Origin: Mobula hypostoma
Taxonomy: Eukaryota
Assembly (NCBI RefSeq): GCF_963921235.1
Contig: NC_086109.1
Coordinates: forward strand, 18,664,001-18,728,000
Direction: 5' to 3'
Length of the DNA: 64,000 nucleotides
The translations under genes were made by a program, and so were the position numbers. Of the stretch, positions 12,681 to 25,222 are shown one piece after another. The notes under the pieces are model-generated. The model saw only the letters and a program-made list of their open reading frames with translations. It ran no database searches and was not told the DNA's origin. Numbering within the stretch: the first letter of the stretch is position 1; each line of letters opens with the position of its first letter.

Positions 12681-12830
12681 CTTTGCCCTCAAATTTTAAA
12701 CACTTCTCCCTTGGAGAAAGTTTGATACCACCTACCATACCTATGGCTTCAATAGTTTTTTATATCTCTATCAGGTCCCAGCTTTTGGTGCTCAGTAAGA
12801 TAACAGACAAGGACAAAATTAGGAATGTGG

Positions 12831-14024
12831 TGTCACGGTGGTCATCTGCAGGACTGGACCCAAGTGCAGAGGAACGGCAGACTCTCTCTGTCACGGTGAG
12901 TGCTGGCAATGACTCGAACCAGGAAAAGAGACTCCCCATGAAAAGACAAAAACAAGAGGCTAGACACAGGAATACCAACAGAGCATAAGAAGCACAACTG
13001 AATAACACCAGGATATAAATCATTCTCCACAAGCACACAGGGAATCCCACTTACAGAGCACAATGAGAGTGTTCTTTAAATAATGATAGAATCCCTGAGA
13101 GACGTGCTGATTACAATTAACTTGACAAACAGAGAAACATAGAAACTCTACAGCACAATACAAGCCCTTCAGCCCACAAAGCTGTGCCGAACATGTCCCT
13201 ACCTTAGAAATTACCTCGGCTTACCCATAGCCCTCTATTTTTCTCAGCTCCATTTACCTGTCCAGGAGTCTCTTAAAAGACCCTATCGTATCCGCCTCCA
13301 CCACCGTCACTGGCAGCCCATTCCATGCACTCACCACTCTCTGCATAAAATACTTACCCTGACATCTCCCCTGTACCTACTTCCAAGCACCTTAAAACTA
13401 TGCCCTCTCTTGCTAGCCATTTCAGTCTTGGGAAAAAGCCTCTGACTAGCCGCATGATCAATGCCTCTCATCATCTTGTGCACCTCTATCAGGTCACCTC
13501 TCCATCCTCCATTGCTCCAAGGAGAAAAAGCCAAGTTCACTCAATCTATTCTCATAAGGCATGCTCCCCAATCTAGGCAACATCCTTGTAAATCTCCTGT
13601 GCACCCTTTCTATGGTTTCCATGTCCTTCCTGTAGTGAGTTGACCAGAATTGAGCACAGTACTTCAAGTGGGGTCTGACCAGTGTCCTATATAGCTGCAA
13701 CATTACCTCTCGGCTCTTAAACTCAATCCCATGATTGATGAAGGCCAATGCACAGTATGCCTTCTTAACCACAGGGTCCTATAGACTCGGACCCCAAGAT
13801 CCCTCTGATCCTCCACACTGCCCAGAGTTTTACCATTAATACTATGTTCTGCCATCATATTTGACCTACCAAAATGAACCACCTCACACTTATCTAGGTT
13901 GAACTCCATTTGCCAATGTTAAACGGAAAGCACTTGGGCTTAATGGCTCTAACAATGAGTAAATACAGATGCTTGAGAAACCTTGAAGCCCAACGCTCTA
14001 TAGCAAGCCGCAAAGCTCATGGCA
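12831..14024 (-). mobile_element. Probable solo LTR interrupted by a CR1 fragment
   Basis: TGTCACG...CATGGCA termini, flanks TGTGG/TGCGG (5-bp TSD with one CpG-type change). Confidence 0.6.
13131..13915 (-). mobile_element. CR1 LINE 3' fragment
   Basis: MEFNLDKCEVVHFG, LYRTLVRPHLKYCAQFWS. Closely similar to 8294-9031. Confidence 0.95.
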
Positions 14025-14904
14025 TGCGGTGTCTGGGATTTGAGGGCTGTGGATTGGAGGTCGGAAGGGATACTTAATATTGAGACCCAGATATGCAGAG
14101 CTCAGAGCTGACCCAGTTAGCACACTGTATGGACAAACACACATAACCAGCTCAATTTATCTGCTAAGCCTCCTATTTCTTCCCATGTTACCATAACTTT
14201 ACATAGAAAGCCTTGACAGTGACATATAACATAATTATTGCTCCTCCAATCCAATCAGGGAAAAAAAAGCAACAAATAAATCATTCCTTCTTGTTCCAAG
14301 CCATCTTGAATTCTCCTTCTAGACTGAGGCAGAAGAAAAAGTTATTGACTGACAGTGGCCTTCATTAGTGGTGACGTAAAAGTCCGTAACAGCATTTTCA
14401 TTGTCCTATAGATTCCTCCCTCACAATTTGCTTCAATCAATAACCCGCCATGATAGCTTATTTACTGTTGTTTCAGCAAACAGATGTAAATTAAAACCAT
14501 CTTTGGCACATTGCCTGGACATGTCGAATAATGTAACAATTATATATACACACACTCACAGAAAAATTAAAATTGAGCTTTAGAAGTCCATCCTGGAGCT
14601 CTAAATCATTTTCCCATTAGTATTTCCCCTTTCCAATGAGCTGATGCACATAATGGTTCTCAATCTCTTCACACTGATGTGGCGGCTATGCCACAGGGAT
14701 CATTGATTTAATAGTGGATGTCTTGTTAATCAATAGGGAATTCTGTTGAGTTCTAGACATCCCAAGCTTGAAGCAACAGTTGCGGCTCAGTTAGTGGCCC
14801 TAAAACTTCAATTCAAAAAGTCAGGGGCTCATACTGGTGAATGGAAATCTGGGCTGCCACCTTGAGGCAGTGCTCTCAAATGGCACATTTCAGATAAGAT
14901 ATTA

Positions 14905-15392
14905 TTATTGTAATTTTATTTTTTTCTCAGCTCTAGCTTGTAAAACCTGAGGTACGGGCATAGTCAAGCACGCTCATTTATCAATTGCTAGGAACATTTG
15001 GACTATTTTCATGGTGTTCAGTATTTTAGCTTTCTGAAGTTTGACATAAAAATTGCTGTGTAGGCCTAATTGTTCAATGCTATTGTGTAGTGTCTTTGGG
15101 ATGGTACCAGTTGTGGATATTACTATTGGGACAATACTAGACAGGTATATGGAGGAATTTAAGGTGGGGGCTTATATGGGAGGCGGGGTTTGAGGGTCGG
15201 CACAAAATTGTGGGCCGAAAGGCCTGTACTGTGCTGTACTATTCTATGTTCCATGTTCTATATGTGTATCCTGTTCATGTTCCACAGTCTTTCAATTTCC
15301 ACTTTTAATTCAGCTTATTTCTGGTGTTTTTCTCCTATTGATTTCTGTATGTTATACGTGTCTGGAATGGCTAAATCTATTAAATAAGTTGT
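14905..15392 (-). mobile_element. R4/Dong-like element 3' fragment, with a nested CR1 tail at about 15139-15263 (+)
   Basis: Homologous to 24840-25222 (KYAELKVEIERL.., IVPIVISTTG), flanked on both sides by short (ATT)n. Confidence 0.75.
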
Positions 15393-15640
15393 TATTATTA
15401 TTATTTACAGATGCAGCACGTAACAGTCCATTCCACTCCAATGAGCTCATACCACCCAGTTACACCCACGTGACCAATGAAGCTACAGACTCGTTCATCT
15501 TTGAAAAGTGGGAGGAAAACGAAGCACCACTAGGAAACCTATGTGTTCACGGGGATAACGTACAAACTCCTTACAGTGTCAGAGTTCAACTTAGGTTGCT
15601 AACCATTACACTACCATGCCAAAGCGGCCTGCTCCTTCGG

Positions 15641-15927
15641 GTTCGTGGCCTAAGGTAGAAGGAGATGAGTTATACAGCTCTTGTTACATGCACATGCAGG
15701 CCAGCGCTTTGAGTGATTATGCAGAAAGTTTGAAGTTAATAACTCGTCTCCTTCTATCAATCACCCGTGCTGTAGACACTTTCTGGAGGTCCAAGATCCG
15801 TATGCTCCACGACTGCTGGACTAAGTGTGTAAATGTAGGAGAGGACTATATTGAAAAATAAATGCGCTAGGCTTTCTAAAATTGACTCCTTCTACCTTAG
15901 GCCACGAACTTATCAATCACCCCTCGT
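15641..15927 (+). mobile_element. Mariner-family deletion derivative
   Basis: TIR GTTCGTGGCCTAAGGTAGAAGGAG / CTCCTTCTACCTTAGGCCACGAAC(TTATCAATCACCCCTCGT), transposase C-terminus IRMLHDCWTKCVNVGEDYIEK*. Confidence 0.85.
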
Positions 15928-16100
15928 CGAAGACTGAAGGCACAGTAAGCAAGTGTTGGGTCCTGCAAGCATCTGTCAGGGAAGCAACACCATCATCATC
16001 TCAATTCAGCTCCATATCTCTTCTTTATATCTGGCATGGTAGCGTAATGCATTAGTGTAATAATATTACAGCGCCAATGACCCAGCTTCAATTTGGTTGC

Positions 16101-16526
16101 TGGAACTATCTTCAGGACAGACTATCTTCAGGACTCGAGAGTAGAAATTGATGATGGAGATTTATTCAGAGAGTAATACAAGGATTAGTCGAACTAAGAG
16201 TTCTCTTATTCCAGACTTGAGCCACAGACTGGTAGTTCACACCGAACTCGAATCCTGGACTCACTGATGAGCATGGGTCCAGAATAACCTTAAATAGAAC
16301 ATAAAACACAGGAAACCTGTGCAGGTCAAAATCAAAGACTAATCACCAAGAATAAGAAGCATAAGGAAACCGTACTCACATAATGAGCGACACGAAAAGC
16401 ACAGCGACAGCTTAAAGATAAAAGTAGTTGCTGAACAACTCTAATAAACTCAAATAGAGGACGTTCAGGTGTGTCGAGACCTGCTGCTACCTGGCGCCCC
16501 CTGCTGGTCTGAGGGGTTCATGACCA
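16101..16526 (-). mobile_element. Solo LTR inserted in a SINE
   Basis: TG...CA termini, exact 4-bp TSD TTGC at 16097-16100 and 16527-16530. Confidence 0.75.
16494..16507 (-). promoter_or_regulatory. CTCF consensus motif inside the LTR
   Basis: Reverse complement CCAGCAGGGGGCGC matches the vertebrate CTCF core consensus. Occupancy is unknown. Confidence 0.55.
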
Positions 16527-18008
16527 TTGCTATCTGTAAGGAAGTTGCATGCTCCCCTTGTGATCACACGAGTTTCCCGCAGGCGCTCCGCTTTCCTCAG
16601 ATATTGCAAAGACGTACAGTTTTGTAATTTAATTGGCCATGAGGCTGTAAATGGGTGGCGTGGACTCATTGTGCTGGAAAGGCCTTTTACCACATTGTGT
16701 ATCTAAATAATACTCAAATATAGAGTTATAGAGTTATAGAACACTACAGCACAGAAACAGGCCATTCAGCCTATCCAGTCCATGCTGAACTATTAATCTG
16801 CCTGGTCCTATTACTATTATACTATAAAGTATAATTAAACAAAACCAGCAAATGAGAGGGTGTTTGGTTGTGTCAATGGTAGTGGTGAACATAGGGTAGA
16901 GAGAAAGATGAGAATGTCTGAGATGGACCAGTTGGCAGGTGTGTTTAAATAACGATATCAATGATGGTATAAAGCAAATGGAGGTACTTTAGAAATAAGA
17001 GCTAATAGATGAGTCTAGAGAAATGCTGTGTGGAGTGGAATGGGGCACACAGATTGCCTGGCAAGGCGAAGAATGTCGCAAAGGCCTAAAGGTGTAGGGA
17101 GTCTCCAGGAATATAGACCAGTACACCAGCCATGTCCCAGTGAGAGATCCCTCTCCGTTCCAGCTGTCTGCTCCTTGTCAATCCGTGGCTTCGGTGCAGC
17201 CTGCTGCTTCCTACACAAACTGAGACTCCGCTGCAGCCCCTTTCCATTGCCACATCTGTTGTGTGAGAAATACAGGTGTTAAGATAAGAAGCTGTTAAAC
17301 TGAACACTAAGCAAGTTAAAACCTGTAAATCATCTGCTCATTCTTTGAGAAATTTAACTTATTAACATTTTATTTAGCACTTACAAATCTTGTGCTAATT
17401 GAGATGAGCTTCATCTGCGGTGAGAAATAGAATATTAACGCTCATAATGTTTGAGTGAAGCAGATATGATGCCAAGGTGGTTTTTGACATGGAGAGGCAT
17501 TTCTTTCTGTGGTGGAAACTAAATGACAGGTCTCTGCTTAAAAATAAGTCCTAATGAAGTGTTTTGTACCAAACTGTCGGCTGTCAATTCCCCTCCAAGA
17601 CGCTGTATGACTTGTTGAGTTCCTCCAGCATTTTGTGCGTGTTGCTTGTGATGAGGTAACATTTTGTCCCTCAGAGGGCCTCTCCTCTTCAGGAAAAAGG
17701 GAGGAGACTGAGGTAGGTAGAGTGCGGCTATGCAACAGGGTGAAAGGTTACTACGGGTTTGAGATTACAGTCAAAGTTCAAAGTTAAAATGTTCAAAGAA
17801 AATTTATTATCAAGGTATGATGTATATGCCACCAGATACTATCCTGAGATCTATTTTCTTGCTGGCATTCACAGTAGAACAAAGGAATACAATAGAATCA
17901 AAGTAAAACCACACACAAAGACTGACAAGCAATCAAAGTGCAAAGGGAGACAAACTGTGCAAATACAAATAATAATAATAATAAGAAGAAGAAATATAAA
18001 TATGATTG

Positions 18009-18240
18009 ACATGCAAAATGCTGGAAGAAGTCAACAGGTCAGGTAGCATCTGTAGTTAGAAATAGAATCAACATTTCAGGCTGAGACCCTTCATCAGGGT
18101 TTTAAGTCTCAGCCTGAAAGGCCTTGGTCCAAAACCTCAACTCTGACTTCCTTTCCGTAGATGCTGCCTGACCCTCTGTGTGTCAAACATTTTGTGTGTG
18201 TTACTCTGGAGTTTCAGCATCTGCAGACTTTCTTGTTTAA
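18009..18240. mobile_element. PLE-tail fold-back mini-element (diverged)
   Basis: CAAAATGCTGGAAGAAGTCAACAGGTCAGG ... GATGCTGCCTGACC..CATTTTGTGTGTG with hammerhead remnants in both orientations at the centre. Confidence 0.7.
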
Positions 18241-18241
18241 A

Positions 18242-18548
18242 GCATCCGTTAGTCTTGCGAGACCATGGATCTGCACCTGGAAAGTCTTCACTCTCCAGGG
18301 CGCAGGCCTGGGCAAGGTTGTATGGAAGACCGGTACTTGCCCATGCTGCAAGTCTCCCCTCTCCACGACACCGATGTTGTCCAAGGGAAGGGCATTAGGA
18401 CCCATACCGCTTGGCACCAGTGTGGTCGCAGAACAATGTGTGATTAAGTGCCTTGCTCAAGGACACAACACGTTCCCTCGGCTGGGGCTCGAACTCACGA
18501 CCTTCAGGTTGCTAGTCCAATGCCTTAACCACTTGGCCACGTGCCCAC
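18242..18548 (-). mobile_element. tRNA-headed SINE with RTE-type body and tail
   Basis: Reverse complement head GTGGCCAAGTGG (A box) ... GAGTTCGAGCC (B box). Body shared with 50660-51037. Confidence 0.8.
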
Positions 18549-19148
18549 AGGCTTTTTTGTATCTATAAGTAAATAAATAATACCGAAAGCATTAACGTGT
18601 GAGAACAGTCAGACTAGTTATGAGCTCACTGAATAGTGGAGCAGGTTCAAGTGGCCCACAGGCTCTCATCTGTTCCAAATCTGTATGCTCCTCTGTTCAC
18701 CATTATCGTACTCTAGCCACATGAGTGCAAAGTGCTAGATACAGGGTAAGAGCTTTTTTTGTGCTTCCCCATTGTATTGCAGCCTGTCACTCACACACCC
18801 AGGTGTCCATTATTCTACTCATAAACTAAACTAACCTTTGAACAGATTCCAGCCTGTCATACTCCCAGCTGTCAGTTATTCTAAATATAAACTTTCTAAA
18901 CCTTAATTAGATTCCCTTCTGCAAAATCATTCCCGGATGCTCTTCATTTTCCATTTAACGATTTGAATGTCTCAAATCTATTCCGACCTGGAATTCAAAG
19001 CCAGGTTTCAGTGATTTGATACATCAATCACCAAACCCCTGATTACGTTCCTGGAACTCACTCCTGAATATCCTTTTTTTAAATTTATTCAATTTATTGC
19101 AAATATTTAATCAAGATGTATATCTTAGACTTTCTAAATCATTGTTAC

Positions 19149-20498
19149 CTAAGACATTAGAGCAGAATTAGGCCATTCAGTTCAGCAAGTCTGCTCCACC
19201 ATTCTCTCTTGGCTGATTATTATCCCTCTCGACCCTATTCTCCTGCCTTCTCCCTCTAACCTTTGACGCCCTTCTAATCTAGAATTGATCAAACACCTCT
19301 TTAAATAAGTAATCAGATGACTGTTGAATATCAGTTTTTATTGTTAAAGTGCGCTTATGTATTCACCCTGGTGATGCTAAAATAGCAGCCTATGCCTTAA
19401 AGAGAGAATGGTGATGTCATTTTGCACGTGTAGAGTAGAATGAAGAGTTGCTATGTTCTAGAGGGAACGACGTTCGAGTGCTTTCCCAGGTTTGGTGAGG
19501 AAAGGTGAATAATATTTAATAATATCCATGTAAATTCATTTATATTGTTTGTAAATCTAGAATATCGGTAATTTGACATGTTTTACATGTGGATGCTTTA
19601 GATTTTCGTGAGTAAATTGATCAGCACTGGAATAGCGTGGTTGTGCGAATTTCCTTATCTGCCTAGTAAGTTAGTCTTTTTAGTAGTTCAACTATGAGGC
19701 AACATATTGTAAAAGTTCTTGTGTTCGTTATTGTTTCATGACTGAATGTGAATGTAACAGGGAATTGTGAATGCATTAATCTCTGTTCACATAGCATAAG
19801 GAAGAAAAACTCATTTCAAAGTCTATCCTATATGTGTTTGGAAGTTAAGCATATGTGTGTCAAAGGTGAGTATATCTCTTAGCTAAGATGAGATGTATTT
19901 ATTCATATTTTTGATGTTGTGTATAAGGTACAGGGTTGGTGGGATTCTAATGTTGTTTGTATTGTTTTTTTTAAGAATTGTCACTATCATATTGGTTTTG
20001 TATATCTTGTTTTACTTATTTTCACACTGTGTATATAACAAGGGTGTGGACCGGAATTAAACTGAGATTGTAATAGATGGAACTGTGTTTTTTTTATTCA
20101 TTTCATTGTTTTTATTTTGATACCCTCTTTCTGCATTAAAGCATCTAAAACAGATAAGGGAGTTAAAGACCCAAAAAAGTATTTGTTGTCCTGCATGTGT
20201 ATTTTTCTCCAGGTTACAAATATATCCAATGACTTGGCCTCCACAGCAGTCTGTGGCAATGAATTCCACAGATTCACCATCCTCTGGTTAGAGAAATCCC
20301 TCTGACTAAAAACATTCCTCCTCATCTCTGTCCTAAAGTGATATCCTTGTATTCTGAGGCTGTGCTGTCTGGTCCTAAACTCCCTGACTAATGGAAACAA
20401 CCTCTCCATGTCTGTTGTATCTGGACCATTCAATATTCAATTGGTTTCAATGAGATCTCCCTCATTCTTCTAAACTCCAATGAGCACAGGCCCAGAGC
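19149..20498 (-). mobile_element. CR1 3' fragment split by a solo LTR
   Basis: Tail at 19149-19307 continues at 20219 (AATATATCCAATGACTTGGCC). ORF piece ERLFPLV..RNVFSQR..VNLWNSLP. Confidence 0.85.
19308..20218 (+). mobile_element. Solo LTR (911 bp)
   Basis: Cleanly interrupts a CR1. Termini AGTAATC...GGTTACA (first base presumably mutated from T), 4-bp TSD AATA, ATTAAA near the 3' end. Confidence 0.8.
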
Positions 20499-20814
20499 AT
20501 GATTTGTTGCGGACACTTTTGACAGATCACCATGGGTACGCATACACTCACAATGTGGCACTGTAGGGAACAGTAAGTGATATTGTGTGGGCTATCATCA
20601 AATGAATAAGCTGTTAGATATTACAGTCAAATTGCAAAGACAGCTAACATATTTTAGACGTGAAAGAGAAGCTTGTTAATGTGCATGGGTTAAGGAAACG
20701 CATAAAGTGGATATTTTCCTCACTTTTGCCGTGGAGGCTAGTACAGAGGAATGCATTTGAATCTAATTCTTCATGCTAATCTCGCTTATGTTAATGAAAA
20801 GTTTATCGCTCTTC

Positions 20815-20906
20815 GCCTGTTGAAGGGTCTCGGCCTGAAACATCAACAGTTTCTTCCTCTCCCTAGATGCTGCCTGACTCGCAGAGTTCCTCCAGCATTG
20901 TGTGTA

Positions 20907-20958
<52 letters not shown>

Positions 20959-20970
20959 TGTGTGTGTTGT
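20815..20970 (+). repeat. PLE tail with degenerate hammerhead, ending in an expanded (TG)n microsatellite
   Basis: CTGTTGAAGGGTCTCGGCCTGAAACATC..GATGCTGCCTG..CTCCAGCATT followed by a TG run at about 20899-20967. Confidence 0.85.
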
Positions 20971-22261
20971 TATGGGCTGTGTTGTCACAGGGTTAAGAGT
21001 GGAATTTTATATCACTTTGGGTACTGCTATACTGGCCTTCTCTGCAATCAGAATGATAGCCTTAAGTTAAAACCTGTGTGATAAGATGGTACAGCTAGAG
21101 GTTAAATTAATGGAATAAATGTCCCACTAAATACTTATTTGGTAACTGATATTTGCATCTTTCTAACATGTTCCATTCAGTTGCTTAAAGACCAACCGAG
21201 ACCTAGGTTTGGTGAAATGAAGCAAGATAAGAGTCATAAATCAGTTTTCTTGCACAGACAGTGAACATTCAGAGCACGGTAGGATGCGATGCAGAATTTC
21301 AATCAATATAAAATGTGATCGTACGTTGGTATATTAAAAGATAACAAGCTCTTTCCCGCCACTGTCTGGACGTTTTCCCTATGATTGCGTGGGTTTATTC
21401 TGGGTGCTCCAGTTTCCTCCCACGTACCAATGGCGTTTGTTAGGGTTGGTGAGTTGTGGGCCTGCTGTGTTGGTGCCGCGAGCACGGCGACACTTGTGCC
21501 CTGCCCAGCACAATCCTTGCTGATTTGATGCAAACGATGCATTTCACCTTATGTATGGAATTACATGTGACAAATAAAGCTAATCTTTTACAAATCTGCG
21601 GGTCATTTACCCAAGTGAAACAAGTGTAACTTGTAATATCAAAATACCTTCGGAAAAAGTTGCCTTCATAACTTTTAATTTACAGACCTGAGAGTTTTGT
21701 ATCTGTATTTCTCTTTTTATGTATGAAACCCTCTGACTGTAGCTAGAAGGAGACTGTGGGATCATTATGTGGTGAATTTTCAGTATCACTAACTTACTAA
21801 TGACTAATTAAGGGAGAGGAAGTGGGTGTTCGGCTACTTTGCAAAATGTGTAAGATAGACAGACTTTTGAAAGTTTCCACAGCGCTTTTGCCAAAGTTAT
21901 AGTTGATAAACTGAGGGATGGACCATGAATATTCAACCTGGAGTCTTTATATTACTGCCATTCAGTTTTGGAAAACAGCCCTTCCAACACCAGCTAATTA
22001 TCTTGTTAATGTTCTATTGATAGCCAGAATAGATCCATGCTGACAACTAATGTGTGATAAATGTGTGTGAGAATGAGAAATAGTGTGAGCTACTGGAGTC
22101 AGTGAGAGAAAGTGAGAATGAATGGTAAATAGAGGTGCTTAGAGATTTCAATAAAATACCAAGAGCATTTGTAAGTTTCTGTCAAATCCAGAATTTAATT
22201 GCCAACTAACTAAGTAGACGGCTATGGTTCTATTCAGGTGTTTATGAGCGAAAGAATTCAA

Positions 22262-22775
22262 TGATTCAAAGTGCATTCATTATTAAAGTATGAATGCAGT
22301 ATACAACCCTGAGATTTGCCTTCCTACTGGAAGCCATGAAACAAATAAAACCATGGAACACGTTCAAAGAAAAACTTCACACCCCCAATTTGCAAAGGAC
22401 AAATCATGCAAGTGGCACATAAAATCCATAGGGTATAAAACATCAAACTGCAAATCAATGAAACAGTTCAGAAATATTCAGTTCAGTTCAATCTAATGCT
22501 AAGTTGTTTGTTGACTGCAGGCCACAGCTCCAGTCTGTCCCAATCAAAACCGCACAGATTAGCAACAAAAAAGGAGCAACCAGATACAAGAAACACATCT
22601 AACGTGAACTACAGAATCCATTCCACACACCACACTGATTGAACCTTGCCCAAGACCCAAGACTCTGGTATTATCCTCCGGTAGCATCGAGCGAGTGAGT
22701 GTGAGTAAAAATCAAACACACCTTCCTCCAGGAGCACTGAGTGAGAGCAAGAGAGAGGCCGATCACACTCAGCCA
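22262..22775 (-). mobile_element. Non-autonomous retroposon with Rex/Babar-type tail
   Basis: Colinear with 36669-37200 (TGCAGTATACAACCCTGAGATTTG, ACCTTGCCCAAGACCCA). Confidence 0.7.
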
Positions 22776-22880
22776 CCTTTCTGTGAATGTGGATGTCAAC
22801 GCAGAAAAGTGCAGCAAGCGACAGAGATAAGTAAACATGCTAGGGAAGGTATGGAGAGGTAATCAGTGCTGTGGTACCCG

Positions 22881-23076
22881 AGCAACACACACAAAATGCT
22901 GGAAGAACCTAGCAAGCCAGGCAGCATCCGTGGATTGGAATTAGCAGACATTTCGGTTTGGGACCAAAGCATTGACTGTTTATTCCCTTCCATGGGTGCT
23001 GCCTGACTTGCTGAGTTCCCCCAGCATTCTGTCTGTGTTGTCAAATTTCCAGCTTCCGCAGAATCTCGTGCGTTTC
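22881..23076. mobile_element. PLE-tail fold-back mini-element
   Basis: CAACACACACAAAATGCTGG..CAGGCAGCATCC / GGGTGCTGCCTG..CCAGCATTCTGTCTGTGTTG inverted arms. Confidence 0.75.
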
Positions 23077-23119
23077 TGAGCTGTCTGAGAATGGGACAGC
23101 TTCAACGTGAACAGCGACA

Positions 23120-23530
23120 AAGGAAACTGCAGATGCTGGAAGCTGGAACAACAAAGTGCTGGGGAACTCAGTGGGTCTGGCAGCATCTGTGAGAGGAAAG
23201 AAACTGTCGAGATTTCAGGTCGAAGCTCTGCATCGTTATTGAGGGCAGAGAGGCGAGATGACCAGTACAGAGGAGGTGGTTGGTGAGAGAGGATTCCGAG
23301 ATCATTGGGAGGCTGAGAAGGAGAGTGAGATGACAGGCAGGTGTTGCCAGGTAGGAGAGGTGAGCAGGTAGGCAGGAGTTGGAAGACTGCTGCAGGGGAA
23401 TGATGGATGAAAGCAGACAAAAGGATAGAAGAAAAAACCAGATGGAGCAATGTGGGAGGTGGGGCGTATGATGGTAGGATACAGCTCCTGGAGGAGGATA
23501 AGTAGGAAGGCATGAAGTTCAAGTTTTCTA
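23120..23530 (-). mobile_element. PLE 3' region and tail (diverged subfamily)
   Basis: CTGCAGATGCTGGA..GTGCTGGGGAACTCAG..GCAGCATC, hammerhead remnant at about 23203-23240, purine-rich tract. Confidence 0.65.
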
Positions 23531-24092
23531 CTTTTCAGCAACACCACCTCCTCACCTTTTCCCTTTTTTCTCTTTCTTTTCACCCTCTTTTTTATCCCCA
23601 TCTCTCTCCTGCTGATACTCTGGTCCACCCATTTGTGTCCTTTTACTGACCCCCAACCCCAGTCACCCATCTTCATCCCTTCATCCTTCTGGTTCCATCC
23701 AACCACTTCACACACAGATCCTTCCCCCACCTCCCACCTGGCTCCAGTTGTCTCTCACATCCCTGCTAATGGATGCCATTCTCTTCTCGTTTATTTATCC
23801 CAACCCAGCTCTGGTAGCCATAAGACCGTAAGACATAGGAGCAAAATTAGGCCATTCAGCCCATTGAGTCTGCTCCATCATTCCACCATCATTGCTGATT
23901 TATTATCCCTCTCAACCCATTCTCCTGTCTTCTCCCCGAAAACTTTGACACCCTGACTAATCAAAAACCTATCAACCTGCACTTTAAATATACACAATAT
24001 ATTAACTATACACATACACGTACAGCTGAGAGAACATTGAGAAAAACTGGACTAGAAGTCCACCCTGACATTTTGTGTTAGCTACCTGGTCC

Positions 24093-24358
24093 TATTGAGG
24101 AAAAACTTTTTCACCCAGAGAGTGGTGGATATATGGAGTGCTCTGCCCCAGAAGGCTGTGGAGGTCAAGTCTCTGGATGCTTTCAAAAAAGAGATGGATA
24201 GAGCTCTTAAAGATAGTGAAATCAAAGGTTATGGGGATCAGGCAGGAACTGGATAGTGATAGTGGATGATCAGCCATGATCACAGTGAATGGCGGTGCTG
24301 GCTCGAAGGCCCGAATGGCCTACTCCTGCATCTATTGTCTATTGTCTATTGTCTATTG
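24093..24358 (+). mobile_element. CR1 3' fragment with (TCTATTG)n tail
   Basis: TTTTTCACCCAGAGAGTGGTG, GGCTCGAAGGCCCGAATGGCCTACTCCTG, tandem tail. Confidence 0.9.
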
Positions 24359-24359
24359 A

Positions 24360-24785
24360 ATTGTCACAAGGAACCCATCTGTTTCCGGGAAGAGGTCTCC
24401 AAGTCTGAGCCAGGCGTTTGATGCTTCCTTGTTGACATCTAGTCTACTCAGATCATGGGGATGTCTTCCATGAAGGGGCATGCTCTTCCATTGGTTAACT
24501 TTTTCTTCGATTGTGAAAATTTCTTCATTTAAGTTTAGTGGTGTGTACTTCTTATCAGAATTGCAGATGCTCGTGTGGAGTGCTGTATCCTGTTTTCGTT
24601 GAAAATATATCTTTGATGTTTTAGCTGACTGTTATATAAACTTTTAATGACTGTTATTCCTCTTCCTCCTTCTGCCCTAGATAGTGTTAATCTAAGTGCA
24701 TTCAAATGTACATAGTGTTTTCTAAAATTTGGCATTTATGTTTTATTTTCCTTTGTAAATTTTCAAGATCAGTATTGGACCAATA
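24360..24785 (-). mobile_element. R4/Dong-like element internal fragment
   Basis: RLTLSRAEGGRGI, WKSMPLHGRHP, WLRLGDLFPETDGFLVTIQ motifs typical of the R4-clade post-RT region. Confidence 0.8.
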
Positions 24786-24792
24786 TATTATG

Positions 24793-24830
24793 TAATAATA
24801 ATAATAATAATAATAGTAATAATAATAATA
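24793..24830. repeat. (TAA)n microsatellite
   Basis: Direct reading. Confidence 0.95.
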
Positions 24831-24839
24831 TAAGAATTA

Positions 24840-25222
24840 AAACATTTTTTTCTCAGCTCAAGCTACAAAAACCTGAGGAGCGGGCATAGACAAGTACATT
24901 CATTTGTCAATTTCTAGGAACTTTCGGACTATTCTAGTGCTGTTTAGTATTGTGGCTTTCTGAAGATTTACATAGATGTTGCTGTGTAGGCCTAATTGTT
25001 TAATACTATTGTGTAATGACTTTGGAATGATATCAGTTGTAGATATTACTATTGGGACAATGTCTATCTTTTTCATGTTCCATAGTCTTTCAATTTCCTC
25101 TTTTAATTCAGCATATTTCTGGTGACTTTCATTTATCGATTCCTGTAAGTTCTGTGTGTTTGGAGCGGCTATATCTATTAAGTAAGTTGTAGTTGCTTCT
25201 TTAACCTGCATTATCAATATTA
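24840..25222 (-). mobile_element. R4/Dong-like element 3' end (restriction-like endonuclease C-terminus)
   Basis: YLIDIAAP..KYAELKEEIERLW..IVPIVISTT..LQKATILNSTRIVRKFL. Confidence 0.85.

Larger units (their letters stand above)
16030..16710 (+). mobile_element. tRNA-derived SINE split by an LTR insertion
   Basis: Box A-like GGTAGCGTAATGC head. The body resumes after 16530 with CTGTAAGGAAGTTGCATG..CGCTCCGCTTTCCTC. Related copies at about 15400-15620, 21350-21590, 29855-29990, 31410-31590, 34820-35050, 38850-39170, 42080-42370 and 54990-55200. Confidence 0.7.

Noticed and set aside
18478..18548. tRNA-like sequence with A and B boxes (also 33506-33575)
   Set aside because: These are SINE heads fused to repeat bodies, with no proper acceptor stem.
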